Origin: Eledone cirrhosa
Taxonomy: Eukaryota
Assembly (NCBI GenBank): GCA_964016885.1
Contig: OZ024740.1
Location: forward strand, 103,726,001 to 103,790,000
Reading direction: 5' to 3'
Length of the DNA stretch: 64,000 nt
Under the pieces are notes generated by a model. It did not search any database, had not been told where the DNA came from, and saw nothing but the letters and a program-made list of their open reading frames with translations. Of the stretch, positions 1-12,203 are shown one piece after another (the first letter of the stretch is position 1; the number at the start of each line of letters is the position of its first letter). The translations under genes and the position numbers were made by a program.

Positions 1-700
1 CTGTGTGATAGTGTAGTGTACAGCTGTAGTACAGTGTAGTGTACAGCTGTGGTACAGTGTAGTGTACAGCTGTGGCACAGTGTAGTGTACAGCTGTGGTA
101 CAGTATAGTGTACAGCTCTAGCATAGTATGGTGTACAGTTGTGAGGTAGTGTGGCTTACAATTGTGGCGTAGTGTGGTGTACAGCTGTGGAGGCAATGTA
201 ACATACATTCAAGTGATGTATAGCATACAACTGAGAAACAGTGTAATGTATAGTACACTGTGGGGTACTGTAGCATACAGTTGGGGGACAGTGTGGTGTG
301 GTACAGTGGTGGAATAGTGTAGTGTACAACCACAAGATAGTATAGTGTATAGCTGTAGGATGGTGCAGTGTAGTACATGATAGTGAAGTGTACAACTGTG
401 GGACGATATGATACACAGCTGTGAGATAGCATAGCATACATCTGTGGGAGTGTGCTGAATTTAGGGTTGTGTACGGCTGTGGGATATTGTAGTGCACATT
501 TGTGTGACTGTAGAGTACAGCTGTGGGCCAGCATAGTGTAAAGCTATGAAACAGTGTTGTATATAGCTGTAGTGTACAGATATTGTAGAGTACAGCTGTG
601 GGGCAGCATAGTCTACAACTATGAAACAGTGTAGTATATAGCTGCAGTGTACAGATATTGTAGAACACAGCTGTAGGACACGGCAGTAAAACTGCATAAC
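1..700. repeat. Degenerate minisatellite, ~23-bp unit (tacagctgtggtacagtgtagtg)
   Basis: Unit clear at 19-117 and decays to the right; it explains the low-complexity ORFs at 118-764. Confidence 0.9.
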
Positions 701-1160
701 ATGATCTAATACAACTACTGACCTCAGAACTATTCACACATGTTGAATAATTAATATGTTGCAATGTGTTATATTAAATGTAATACTGATGATGATGAGG
801 ATTATAAATTACAACAATATTTTCAAGAACACTATTCAGCCTCAATAAAATGATACTAAGCAACATTTTTCTCTCTTTTAACTTCCATTTCTTTAAATGA
901 TGCAACAGTATATTCCGACAAAATGTCCACTTCCAATAAACTTTCTATAATCAAGATGACAATTTGAAAAAAATGGTCTTATGTGTGAGTATAAATACAT
1001 ATATGCATATAAGTATATTTATATATGCATATATATATGATGGTGTAGTGGTTTGCTTCAAGCATTGTAGAATATGAAAAGTGGTTATGTTTAGGAAGCC
1101 GTAACAATGCAGGTAACCTGCATTACAAGTCGGCATAGCCACACATCTCTCCATCTCTAT

Positions 1161-1202
1161 TAACTTTTGAAAATCCTGAAACTTGTGAAACCGGTAAAGT
1201 TA
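1161..1202 (+). ncRNA. Penelope-type minimal hammerhead ribozyme motif, U3-A8 variant, decayed stem II
   Basis: Stem I taactt/aagtta, core TTGAAAA, GAAA, palindromic CCGG, GTA triplet; flank gactccaattgcattttc is shared with the 21733-22028 element. Confidence 0.55.
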
Positions 1203-1490
1203 TTGTAAATAAACATTAAGACTCCAATTGCATTTTCAACTTCTTTTTCCTTACTTTCGAATATACATTTATATTTTCATATATATAAATGTATATATAG
1301 TGTAGTTTTTAATACACTGTCTGCTTAATTAAAAGCATTTCGAAGACCTTATGCTATTTTTTAGAGTAGTGACAGTCTCACTGACTTTAAATTTCCAGCA
1401 AACAGGGGAGATAAAGCTGACAGAGATATGTTTCGAACTGATTGGTACTTATCAAAGCCAAGTACTTCACCTGTTTGCTGAAAATCATGA

Positions 1491-1597
1491 ATGTTTGATC
1501 TTATAGAATTTCTAGTAATAATCATGAACTTTTATTTATATATATATATATATATATATGTTTGATCTTATAGAATTTCTAGTAATAATCAGGAACT

Positions 1598-1632
<35 letters not shown>
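1491..1632. repeat. Tandem duplication of a ~68-bp unit ending in (TA)n
   Basis: atgtttgatcttatagaatttctagtaataatca occurs twice. Confidence 0.9.
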
Positions 1633-1633
<1 letters not shown>

Positions 1634-1635
<2 letters not shown>

Positions 1636-1941
1636 TACATGGCTTAGTGGTTAGAACATTGGCTTTGCAATCAAAAGGTTGTGAGTTCAATTCTCAGACC
1701 GGGTGATGTGTTGTTTCCTTGAGCAAGGCACTTTATTTCACATTGCTCCAGTCTACTCAGCTGTAGATGGGGTTCCTATCATTCCACTGCAAAGTGGTCA
1801 TGGAGGTGCCACAGCAAATAAGCACCCAGCACTCACTGTAAATGAGGTTGGGCTTAGGAAGGGCATCCAGCTGTAGAAATCAAGCCAGAATCAGTTCCCG
1901 TCCCACCCTTGCACGCAGGGAAAAGTGGACGTAAAATGAAA

Positions 1942-1945
<4 letters not shown>
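1634..1945 (+). mobile_element. tRNA-derived SINE family B (V/CORE-like plus Meta-like domains, RTE-derived tail)
   Basis: A box tggcttagtgg, B box gagttcaattc, ccttgagcaaggcacttt, aggaagggcatccagctgtagaaa; tail matches the RTE 3' end at 7941-7995. Confidence 0.85.
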
Positions 1946-1979
<34 letters not shown>

Positions 1980-4900
1980 CATCATCATCATCATTATGAT
2001 CGTTTAACATCCATATTCCACACTTGCATGGGTTTGGACGGGAGTTTTCCCACTTGAGTGGTTGTCTTGCTCGCATAGGACTGTCTGGCGGGTTTTCTAC
2101 AGCTGGATGCCCTTCCTAACACCAACCACGTTTACAGTGTGGACTGGGAGGTTTTTACCGTGTTACCTACACGGCCACATTACAGCGTGGACTGTGTGTT
2201 TTTTTGTCGTGACACTTACACGACCTCATTTGTTTCGGACTGGATGTTGTGGTACCAACATAACTTTACATTGAAAGGGGTGGTCTGGATGAGGTGGGGG
2301 TAGTGGGACGGGGGTGTATTTTGTTAGAGGTGCCTACTGACTGTAACTTTGTACTTAGGTAAGGCGGGTCTTCTCTATTACTGTGTAGCGCCAAAGATCT
2401 CGGTCCAGTGACATTGCCTTGGAGAGGTGCAAGTGTGTGAGGTCGGAATTTATCAAGTCGTCCCAGGATTTTCTGGGTCTGCCTACTCCGTGGCTACCGT
2501 CTATTTTTATTGCCCTGCACTTTTTTATACAGCTGTCGTCTTTCATGCGCATCACATGACCATACCAACGTAGTCTTCTCTCGAGTAAACAACATCTGAT
2601 CCCTCTTATTTCTAATTTTTCCCTTAATTTTTCCCTTGCTGTTCGTATGCAGGCATCATACAGCCTGCCTTTCATTTTTAGGGAGAACCCTTTAGTGGCT
2701 AATAGTGGTATAAGCTCTCTGAACTTTTTCCATCCAGTTCTGACTCTAGCTACTGTACTTTCAGAGCACCCTCCCCACTGCTGATTCTGTCACCCAGGTA
2801 ACGGAAGCTGTCCACTATTTCTATAGAACCATCTGTGCAATGGAATGAGCTAGTATTCTGTGGGCACTTGCTGCTACTTATTGCACCAGAGCACCGGCCA
2901 CATATAAAATCTATGTTCTTAGTTAGCTTACCTGTGATCCCACTACATCTTTTATGCACCCATACTTTGGATTTGGGACATAAAATGGAGTTTCTACCTA
3001 CTCCTTTCCTACACACTGAGCATGGCCATTTCCCGGATGGGACCGGTGCCCTATTTTCCTTCCTACAAACTAGAACTTTAGTCTTAGGCAGGTTAATGTT
3101 AAGGCCTTTTGATTCTAGGCCATGCTTCCATGTTTGGAATTTCTTCTCTAGTTCGGCCATTGATTCATCTGCGTATAGGAGTTCCCATGGGCAGTCGGTC
3201 TTGAACTCCACTGTTATAGCCTGAAGGGCAATAATAAATAGTAGGGGGCTAAGAACGGAGCCCTGATGAACACCAACTTTTACGCTAAACTCTTCACTAT
3301 ATTCGTTGTTAATTCTAACCTTGCTGACTTTCTTTATACATGGCTTGTATAGCTCTCACAAGCCATTCATCAACACCTAGTTTTCTAAGAGCCCACCAGA
3401 TAATGGAACGGGGTACTCTGTCGAAGGCTTTCTCCAAGTTGACAAAAGCTAAGTATAGGGGTTTACTTTTAGCTAGGTACTTCTCCTGTAGTTGTTGTAC
3501 AATGAAAAGAGCATCTGTGGTACTTTTACCTGTCACAAACCCGAACTGCATTTCATCTAGATCAATTCTCTCTCTGATTAGCTGCGCTATTACTTTTTCT
3601 GTGACCTTCATGATCTGGTCGATTAATTTAATGCCTCTATAGTTACTCCTATCTAGGGCATCTCCTTTACCCATGTAGCAGTTAATGATGATGCTGCTAC
3701 GCCAGTCCTTCGGAACAACCCTATTCTGTATGACTTGGTTTACTATCCGGGTGACCATGGTGCGTCCCGCCGTTCCAGAAGCTTTCAGCATTTCAGCAAC
3801 TATTTCCGAAGGCCCAGCCGCCTTACCTGTCTTCATGTATTTGATTGCCTTACTTATTATACTACCTTCGACTAACACTGCTGGTCCCTCTATTGCGTCG
3901 ATGTGGAGGAGACTGTCTTTCTCCCATTTATTCTCCTCATTTAGTAGCCTTTCGTAGTGACACTTCCAAGCTACCTTCTTATCAGCGTCAGTGATGGCAA
4001 GTACACCATCATCATTAAGGACACACTTCTCCCCGACAATATCACGGTTTTCCTTGACACATTGCCTAGCAATCCTGAACACCTCACGTTTTTGGTCCTC
4101 GCGTTGTAGAACATCCTTGAACTTTCTTTCCTCTGCTTCCCTTCTTGCGAAGTACACTTGTCTCCTAGCTTCCCTCCTGGCCACTTGATAGTCTTCTCTA
4201 CTTCCCCCATCCCGCCATACTTTCCAAGCCTGCTTTTTGGTCTTAATTGACTCCTCCACCTTACTGTTCTCCCAGTAGGCCTATAGGCCTGCTCCAGCCA
4301 CAGACTTCATCTGCCGCCATCAGCAGGTTTGCTTTCAGGAATTCCCACTGTTGCTCTATATTGTACGACTCTAAATGCTCTTCTTTACTGTCGAAAGCAT
4401 CAAGTAATATGCTTTTAAATTTATTTCTGGTTGTGTGGTCCTTTAGCTCCCATATTTTTCTCCTAAGGATAGTCCTCTTCTGTTGTCGAGTACGTCTCGT
4501 CCTGACTATGAGGTCGCTAATTATCAGTCTATGTTGGGAGGTGCATTCTTCATGAGGGAGGGATTTAGTGTTTACAACAGACACTCTGTCACGTCTTCTG
4601 GTAAGGATATAATCTACCTGGCTGGTATGTTCCCCTGATCTGTAGGTGATCAAGTGATTGTCTCATTTTTTGAAGATAGTGTTACAGATAGTTAGGTTAT
4701 TTGCATCACAGTATTCCAGGATTCTGGAGCCTTCCTCATTTCTAGTACCAAACCCATAGGCTCCGTGGATTCCGTCATAGCCGTCACAATGTTGTCCAAC
4801 GTGACCATTTAGGTCGCCTGCAATAATTATATAGTCACTGTCGGTTATTTGGGAGGTAGTGAGCATCAGTGTCTCATAGAAACTGTCTTTTATAGCGCCA

Positions 4901-5400
4901 GGCAGTCCGGATTGGGGCGCATATGCCGATATTACTGTCACAGTAGTTCTATTTAGAACAAGTCTTATTTAAATTATTCTGTCATTCACGCTATTTACGT
5001 TTATTATCTTATTCACCCATTTTTCTGCTAACATGATTCCTACCCCACCCAGCCCATTGTAATTTCCCACCCAGAAAAGCGTATAGCATCGTTTTTTACC
5101 CACAATGAATCTAGCAGACCCGCCCCTCCATCTGGTCTCTTGGATACAGCAAACATCAACCTCCTTACGTTCAAGCATTTCTACAACCTGGTTAGAGCGG
5201 CCTTTTAAGGTGCCTACATTCATGGTATCAATTCTGAAGTTTTGGATTGCGTTTGGTGGGGTGAGGGGGATGGGGTTGGGGTTATGTTGGCCATCTGCGG
5301 CCGAACCAAAGAGGAGGAGTCCTTGCCCTTTCGTCCGGCAGCATGAGGTGAATTTGTCGTTATCTTTGGCATTGTCTTCGAGTGTCCAGATTCTTCCGAT
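1980..5400 (-). mobile_element. RTE-clade LINE family A, near full length but disrupted (APE endonuclease + RT + PHD-like finger)
   Basis: Motifs NVGTL, CIQETRW, SAYAPQ, GDLNGHVG, NYRGIKL, QFGF, EKAFDRV, LLYAD, RRLRWYGHVMRM; stops, frameshifts and a deletion near 2636; (GAT)n tail. Confidence 0.95.
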
Positions 5401-5429
5401 ATATATATATTTATATATATATATACATT

Positions 5430-5460
<31 letters not shown>

Positions 5461-5464
5461 ATAG

Positions 5465-6870
5465 ATGTATATGACGAAAAAGAAGACGATTTAGAGACGT
5501 ATGACAGATAATAACTAGAATTTCTTACGTGACAACTTACTGCAGGCTACTGATGAAACTTGTGGCTGAAGCAGAGCTCCAACCAGACAGAGAGTGACCT
5601 GGTGGTGGAACAGCACTGTAGATAAGGCGATTAGAGACAAAAGACTAGCATGGAAGGCTTCGAAAAAGGGTGAGAGTAGGGAAGAATATACAGCCGCTAA
5701 GAGAGAAGCTAGACGTCAGGTGTACTTAGCACGCAGGGAGGCTGAGAGTAGGAGGTTTGCCAATGTTCTGCGACGGGAAGATCAGAGGCGTGTGGTGTTC
5801 CACATTGCAAGGCAGTGTGTTAATGCAAATCAGGATGTTGTTGGAGATAAATGTGTCCGAATGATCACGAATGATCAGAAAAATGAGGCCTGGAAATGTC
5901 ATTATGAGAGACTGATGAATGTGGAGAACGAATGGGACAGAAAGAAATTACCCTTAGTAGATCCGACAGTGGGACCAGCTATTGAGATTGATGAATATAG
6001 GATCCAAGAGGCGATTAAGGAAATGAAAAATGGTAAGGCTGCTGGACCATCGGGAATAGTTGCTGAGATGCTGAAGGCATCAGGGGACGTAGGCACTAAA
6101 CTTGTTGCACGCATCATCAATCAGGCTATATATGGCGGTGTCATACCCAAAGAGTGGTGCAGCAGTATTCTCATAAATTGCTACAAAGGTAAAGGGGATG
6201 CTCTAGAGAGGAGCAATTATAGGGGTATAAAACTGATTGATCAGGTTATGAAAGTGGCAGAAAGGATATTAGAACAACTAATTAGAGAAAGGGTCAAACT
6301 AGATGAGATGCAGTTTGGTTTTGTGCCTGGGAAGAGTACAACAGATGCCCTCTTCTTGTTGAGACAATTACAAGAGAGGTTCTTAGAGAAGAATAAGCCA
6401 CTATACTTAGCCATTGTTGACCTAGAGAAGGCCTTTGATAATGTACCCCGATCTGTCATCTGGTGGTCCCTAAGGAAACTAGGTATTGAGGAATAGCTTG
6501 TGAGGACAGTGCAAACTTTGTACAGAGGTACTGTCAGTAAAGTCAGGGTAGGAATGGAGTTTAGTGAGGAATTCCAGATACAAGTAGGAGTACATCAAGG
6601 TTCGGTCCTCAGCCCACTCTTGTTCATTATAGTCCTCCAAGCCATAACAGAGGAGTTTAAGACTGGCTGTCCATGGGAACTTCTCTATGCTGATGATCTG
6701 ATTCTTATAGCAGAATCAGTAGAGGAGCTAGAGAATAAATTCTGGCTATGGAAACAACAGTTGAAATCAAGAGGCCTGAGAGTGAACATAGCTAAAACAA
6801 AAGTGTTGATAAGTAGAAGAGAGGACAATACTCTGATTCCATGAGGGAAATGGCCATGTTCAATATGTAG
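5465..6870 (+). mobile_element. RTE-clade LINE family B fragment (linker and RT)
   Basis: ORFs 5594-6496 and 6500-6844: WWW, NYRGIKL, DLEKAFD, GVHQGSVLSP, LLYADDL. Confidence 0.95.
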
Positions 6871-7112
6871 CTTCAGCTTGTACCCATGGGAGGTCGGGTA
6901 CTCTGTATTACTGCGTGACGCTAGAAGTCACGGTCGTGTGTCATTGCCTTTGGGAGGTGTAATTGGGTAAGGTCGGCTTTTATCACCTCATCCCAGGTCA
7001 TCTTGGGTCTCCCTACTCCGCGGTTTCCATCAACTTCTAGTGCTCTGCACCTTTTTATATATATATATATATATTCCATGCTAGCATGGAAAATGGACGT
7101 TAAACAGTGATG
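6871..7112 (-). mobile_element. Inverted RTE 3' coding fragment (family C), then (TA)n and a plus-strand RTE tail
   Basis: Minus strand reads KRCRALEVDGNRGVGRPKMTWDEVIKADL; followed by ccatgctagcatggaaaatggacgttaaac. Confidence 0.85.
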
Positions 7113-7995
7113 AACCTAGCTAAGACAAAAGAGGACAAAACTCTGATTCCGTCAGGGAAATGGCCATGTTCGATATGCAGAAAAAGAACTGGCATAAATT
7201 CTATAAAATGCACACAATGCAGATCCTGGGTACACAAGAGATGTAGCGGGATAGCAGGCAAACTAACAGGTAGGGAGAAATATGTATGCAGTAGATGTAC
7301 AGGGAAATTAGACAGTAGAAGTCGCATTGATAGACACATTTTTCAAATGCAGGAGGGTACTATAGAAGTGGTGGATAGCTTCCGGTAGCTAGGAGATCAG
7401 ATTAGCATGGGAGGGGGTGTTCCGAGGCCATAGTATCTAGAATAAGGGCGGGTTGGAAGAAGTTTAGAGAGCTGCTTCTTCTGTTGATGAAGAAGGGTTT
7501 CTCCCTGCGTATGAAAGGCCGGTTATATGATGCCTGTGTGAGGAGTGCGATGCTGCATGGTAGTGAGACATGGGCAGCAACTGCAGAGGATATGCGATAG
7601 CTGGAGAGAAATGAGGCAAGCATGCTCCGTTGGATGTGCAGTGTAAATGTGCTTGAACGACCCAGCATGAATGTGTTGAGAGAGAAACTGTGTCTGAGAG
7701 GGATAGAATGTAGTGTACGGGAGAGGAGACTGAGGTGGTATGGACATGTGCATGTGATGCGCATGGAGCATGACCGATGGGTGAAGAAGTGCCAGGAAAT
7801 GCTAGTTGAAGGAAGACATGGTTAAAGTAGACCACTAAAAACATCGGCGGAGGTGGTGAGAACAGACCTCAGATCGTTGAAGCTCACGGTGGAGATGACG
7901 AAGGACCGTGACGAGTGGAGAGATGTTGTGCTGAATAAGACCCGTCCCACCCTTGCAAGCAGGGAAGAGCGGATGTAAAATGATGATGATGATGA
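7110..7995 (+). mobile_element. RTE family B 3' part (PHD-like finger, end of RT, tail)
   Basis: KWPCSICRK..KCTQCRSWVHKRC, RRLRWYGH, (GAT)n tail then (TA)n. Confidence 0.95.
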
Positions 7996-7996
7996 C

Positions 7997-8087
<91 letters not shown>

Positions 8088-9548
8088 TACATACACACAC
8101 CAAACAAATATCTAGAGAAAATATTGAGATATTAATACTTTTGTCACCATATTTCTCATTATTTATTTGATACATAGAACATAATTTAAAGGTTCTAATC
8201 TGAAATTATGATGGAAGGATTTTAGAGAAATATAAATGCTTTAAAATAAACAGTTTTGTATACTAGAATGAGGAGCAGTTTCAGGCAGTTTGTTATCAAA
8301 AGAATTAATACCTTTTGTTTGTTTAGTTCTTTATGTCAATATAGTAAAATGCTACCTGGAACTATATCTTACACAAACTTTGAAACATTCATTGCTCCTT
8401 AGATTATTATTTCATATATTTCAGCAGGAATTCTTTCCTGAACCTGCCAACCATGACAGTTTATCAAAAATACCATTAAACTTAGCACCTCAACCATTTT
8501 AAGAGGCACCCACATGAGAAAGAGAAACATACTTCATGGTTGTGGTTACTTTGTTTTAACAATGTGTGGTTTGGTTTATGTATGCACACAAGCAAAAAAT
8601 AAATAGACCAGATACGAGCAATTCTTGGGATAGCAGCTGACTTAGCTCAAGAAGTTAGATCAAGGCCCACAAAGACAGACCTCACTTGATACTGAAACTT
8701 TACTTTGGTCAAGATATTAATGAAATTACCAGAAAACTTAAAAGGTCAAAAGGTAATGTCCTATCACTAACATTGCACTAAGTCAGTGGTCAATACTTTT
8801 AACTCTAAATGGCACAATCTAACTAACTGTAAATAGGTAATACTCTATTATAATTGATAAGTGGTTTGTTAGTTTCAATTGCTATGTTGAAATCCTTTAA
8901 TGGGCATTTTAATAACTATTATTTGTTTTTATATTAACATAGGTCTATCAATGAATATTGGGTATTTGAATTCCTTCATGCCACATTCCAGGTAATTACG
9001 CCATCCAATTCTTCCCAGGCCATCTTTGTTTAAATAGTAGTGAAGACTGGAAATCTTTCATTTTTTTTCTGCCACAATAAGTCAATGCAAGTGAGTGGAG
9101 TCAACCATCTGAAGGCAATTATTTCTTCTCTTCATTACACACAAAAAAATTCAACAAAAAACAAAAACAACAATAATAATAACAAAAAATCTGATCTCAG
9201 GAACCAAATAGTGGAAATTTAACCACCCATGTCCCCTAAAACATCCTCAGTGTTATTTAAAGTTAAGAAATTTAAGAGTGTGAAAGAATGAGTAACAGAT
9301 AATTGTTGTTAATGATCTCAGTAAAAACACATTACCAAGAATGATAACCCAGGGAACATAAAAATATATCAGGATAATAGGGGTTGGGGTAAAAAGAAAA
9401 CATTATAATTAAGATGTAACCCATGGAAATAAACTTACATGAAATATTAAATTAACACTGGACTATCAAGGCTTGAAAAGGGAATTTGAAACTTAAATAG
9501 CTAAACAACAACACATACAAATCAATATTGAAATTTTAGAATTATTAC

Positions 9549-9632
9549 TTTTAGTGTCTTCATCTTCCAGTGTAGCACTGCTATCTGTGGATTCTTTAAT
9601 ACCATCGTTTTTCTTTGCCACCAAGCTACGAC
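9549..9632 (-). CDS. CaMKII: Internal exon of calcium/calmodulin-dependent protein kinase II, linker before hub: (G)RSLVAKKNDGIKESTDSSATLEDEDTK
   Basis: Strong acceptor tctttatctctctttcag, donor aa|gtaata, 84 nt, phase 1-1; peptide matches the CaMKII RS..KK..G.KESTDSS.TLEDED.K motif as recalled from Drosophila and vertebrate CaMKII. Confidence 0.88.
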
Positions 9633-9769
9633 CTGAAAGAGAGATAAAGAATTTGAGTGACACTTCTAGCAAATGTTAAAATACACAAAACCATATTGAG
9701 AAACTGGAAAGACATTTTACAATAAAACAGCTTATTGTAATTAAATATATGAGGTGGTGGCCATGGCAA

Positions 9770-10560
9770 TAGAATGGAATACTTGAGATCTGTTGGTAAT
9801 GACATGGAACACTTGTGATCTGGTTGGTTATGACATGGAACACTTGTGATCTGGTTGGTTATGACATGGAACACTTGTGATCTGGTTGGTTATGACATGG
9901 AACACTTGTGATCTGCTTGGTTATGACATGGAACACTTGTGATCTGCTTGGTTATGACATGGAACACTTGTGATCTGCTTGGTTATGACTTGGGACACTT
10001 GTGATCTGGTTGGTTATGACTTGGGACACTTGTGATCTGAATGGCTTTGATATGGAACACTTGTGATCTGGTTGGTTGACTTGGGATACTTGTGATCTGG
10101 TTGGTTATGACATGGGGCGCTTGTGATCTGAATGGCTTTGATATGGAACACTTGTGATCTGGTTGGTTATGACATGGGGCACTTGTGATCTGATAGGCTA
10201 TGATATAGGACACGTGTGATTTGATTGGCTATGGTATTGGACATTTGTTGATCTGATTGGCTATGATATGGGACACTTGTTGATCTGATTGGCTATGATA
10301 TGGGACACTTGTTGATCTGATCGGCTATGGCATGGGACACTTGTGATCTGATTGGCTATGGCATGGAGTACTTGTGATCTGATTGGCTATGGCATGGAGT
10401 ACTTGTGATCTGATTGGTTATGGCATGGAGTACTTGTGATCTGATTGGCTATGGCATGGAGTACTTGTGATCTGATTGGCTATGACATAGGACACTCGTG
10501 ATCTGGTTGGTTATGATATGGAGCACTTGTGATCTGATTGGTTATGATATGGAGTAGTTA
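9770..10560. repeat. Minisatellite, 31-bp unit (gacatggaacacttgtgatctggttggttat), about 25 copies
   Basis: Direct tandem units with sequence variants in blocks; no unique spacers. Confidence 0.95.
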
Positions 10561-12203
10561 TGTCAAGGGGTCAGTCAAGGTGTTTATAAAGTATGGCTTA
10601 TGCAGTTGCTTGTTTGACTAGGTAGCACACGTGTAAAGAAGGTTTGAAGATAAAGGTACCAGGTGGAAGGGTTAAAGAAAGAGAGAGTAGAAATGGTCAA
10701 GATGGCAGAAAAAAGACAAGAATAGGAAAAATACATAGCCTATTCCTTATAGGGAGGGAGACAAGGGACAAGCTCCTTGATTCTATAGAGATTTAGTAGA
10801 GAGGCTGGAGTAGTTGATATTCGCCTCCTCATCCCAAGAAAAAAAAGTCTAGATAATTGTTTCAAAATAAGGAGGTGGATGAGAGTTAAACCAGTTCCTG
10901 GATAGCAGGCTAGATTATTGCAAATAGTTTTTTTTATGAGAGGAATTGAATCTAGCACTGTAAGTCAATGAATTACAGTGCTCCATTTGCTTATATTGCA
11001 GTATATTGACTGTGGACACAGTACAGTTAACTATTCCACACTGTGGTACCAACTTACAGCTAGGTGGCCTGGGAAGCTGAGAAGTAAGTATCTTGGTCAT
11101 GGACATAGCACAGCAGCAAAAACAAGATGTGAACTAGTAATCTCATGATAGATTATCCTGTATCTTATATCCACTTGTCACACACACACATGCCACTTAG
11201 TACTAGAGAAAGAACATCCAGTAATATCATCTGTACATGATGGATCATCTGCTCATTAAGTTGTTCGATCAACTGAACGTCCAGCTCATGAATTAACATG
11301 CTGAGTATTCTGTAATTCCCATACTGAACCAGTGTGACACTATGTGACAAAACTGCACCTTTGAACCAGTATCACACAATGTGGGACAACGCTGGACTTT
11401 TGAATTAAAAGTACATCTGATGGGCTTTTGCATAGTTGTTGTCTATCTAATTTCCATCACAAGGCTATGGTAAAACATTTGGCCAAGATACTATTCACAA
11501 CATCAAGTGATACAACTGTACATAAAGGCTCACTTGTAGTAGAGAAACAAGGGTCATGTTAGCTCCACTTCATTATACATAGTCACCAACCATGACAAAC
11601 ACATGCAGTATTTCAAGGTGTGAAGTTGAAAGTTACAGTTGTCTCCTGTTATCTTAAGTGTATTTAACACTATAACCTCTCATTATTTTCCCTCTATATC
11701 ACTTCCATTTCTTCCCTCACATAAACCAGATCTCACCAACACATCTTTACACCCCCTCCCTTACATTCACATCTATACATTTACCTCACTTTCATACACA
11801 CATGCATACAAAGCTGAAATAAACTCCTATCTTTTGATAAAATACTTACATTGTAAATATTTAGGTTTGAAAACATAACACAGGAACACTGTTAAAACTG
11901 GTTAGTATTCACAAAACTGATTGTGCTAGATATGTTGGTGTACTTATATATAGTGGTGTATCTTGTCTAATGCATAACACTTTAGTAGTCATAATACTGG
12001 TGATGTTAGATATATTGGTGTATTTATAAATAATAGAGTGGTATGTCCTGTTTTAGGTTTAAAACACTGGTATTTTTAACTCTAAATGGTGTTAAAAGTT
12101 GATATATTTATATATAGTAGAGTGGACATGTATTTTCTAAGATTTAATACTTTGATTTTTATAACACTGATGGTGTTAAATATGTTGATGTGGGTGTGTG
12201 TGT

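Noticed and set aside
2835-4555. Antisense ORFs overlapping the RTE elements
   Set aside because: Shadow ORFs of the RT frame, repeated only because the elements are repeated
1980-5400. Active autonomous LINE
   Set aside because: Multiple stops, frameshifts and internal deletions, including loss of the intact YADD motif
9770-10560. CRISPR-like array
   Set aside because: Contiguous 31-bp units with no unique spacers, no cas genes, eukaryotic context
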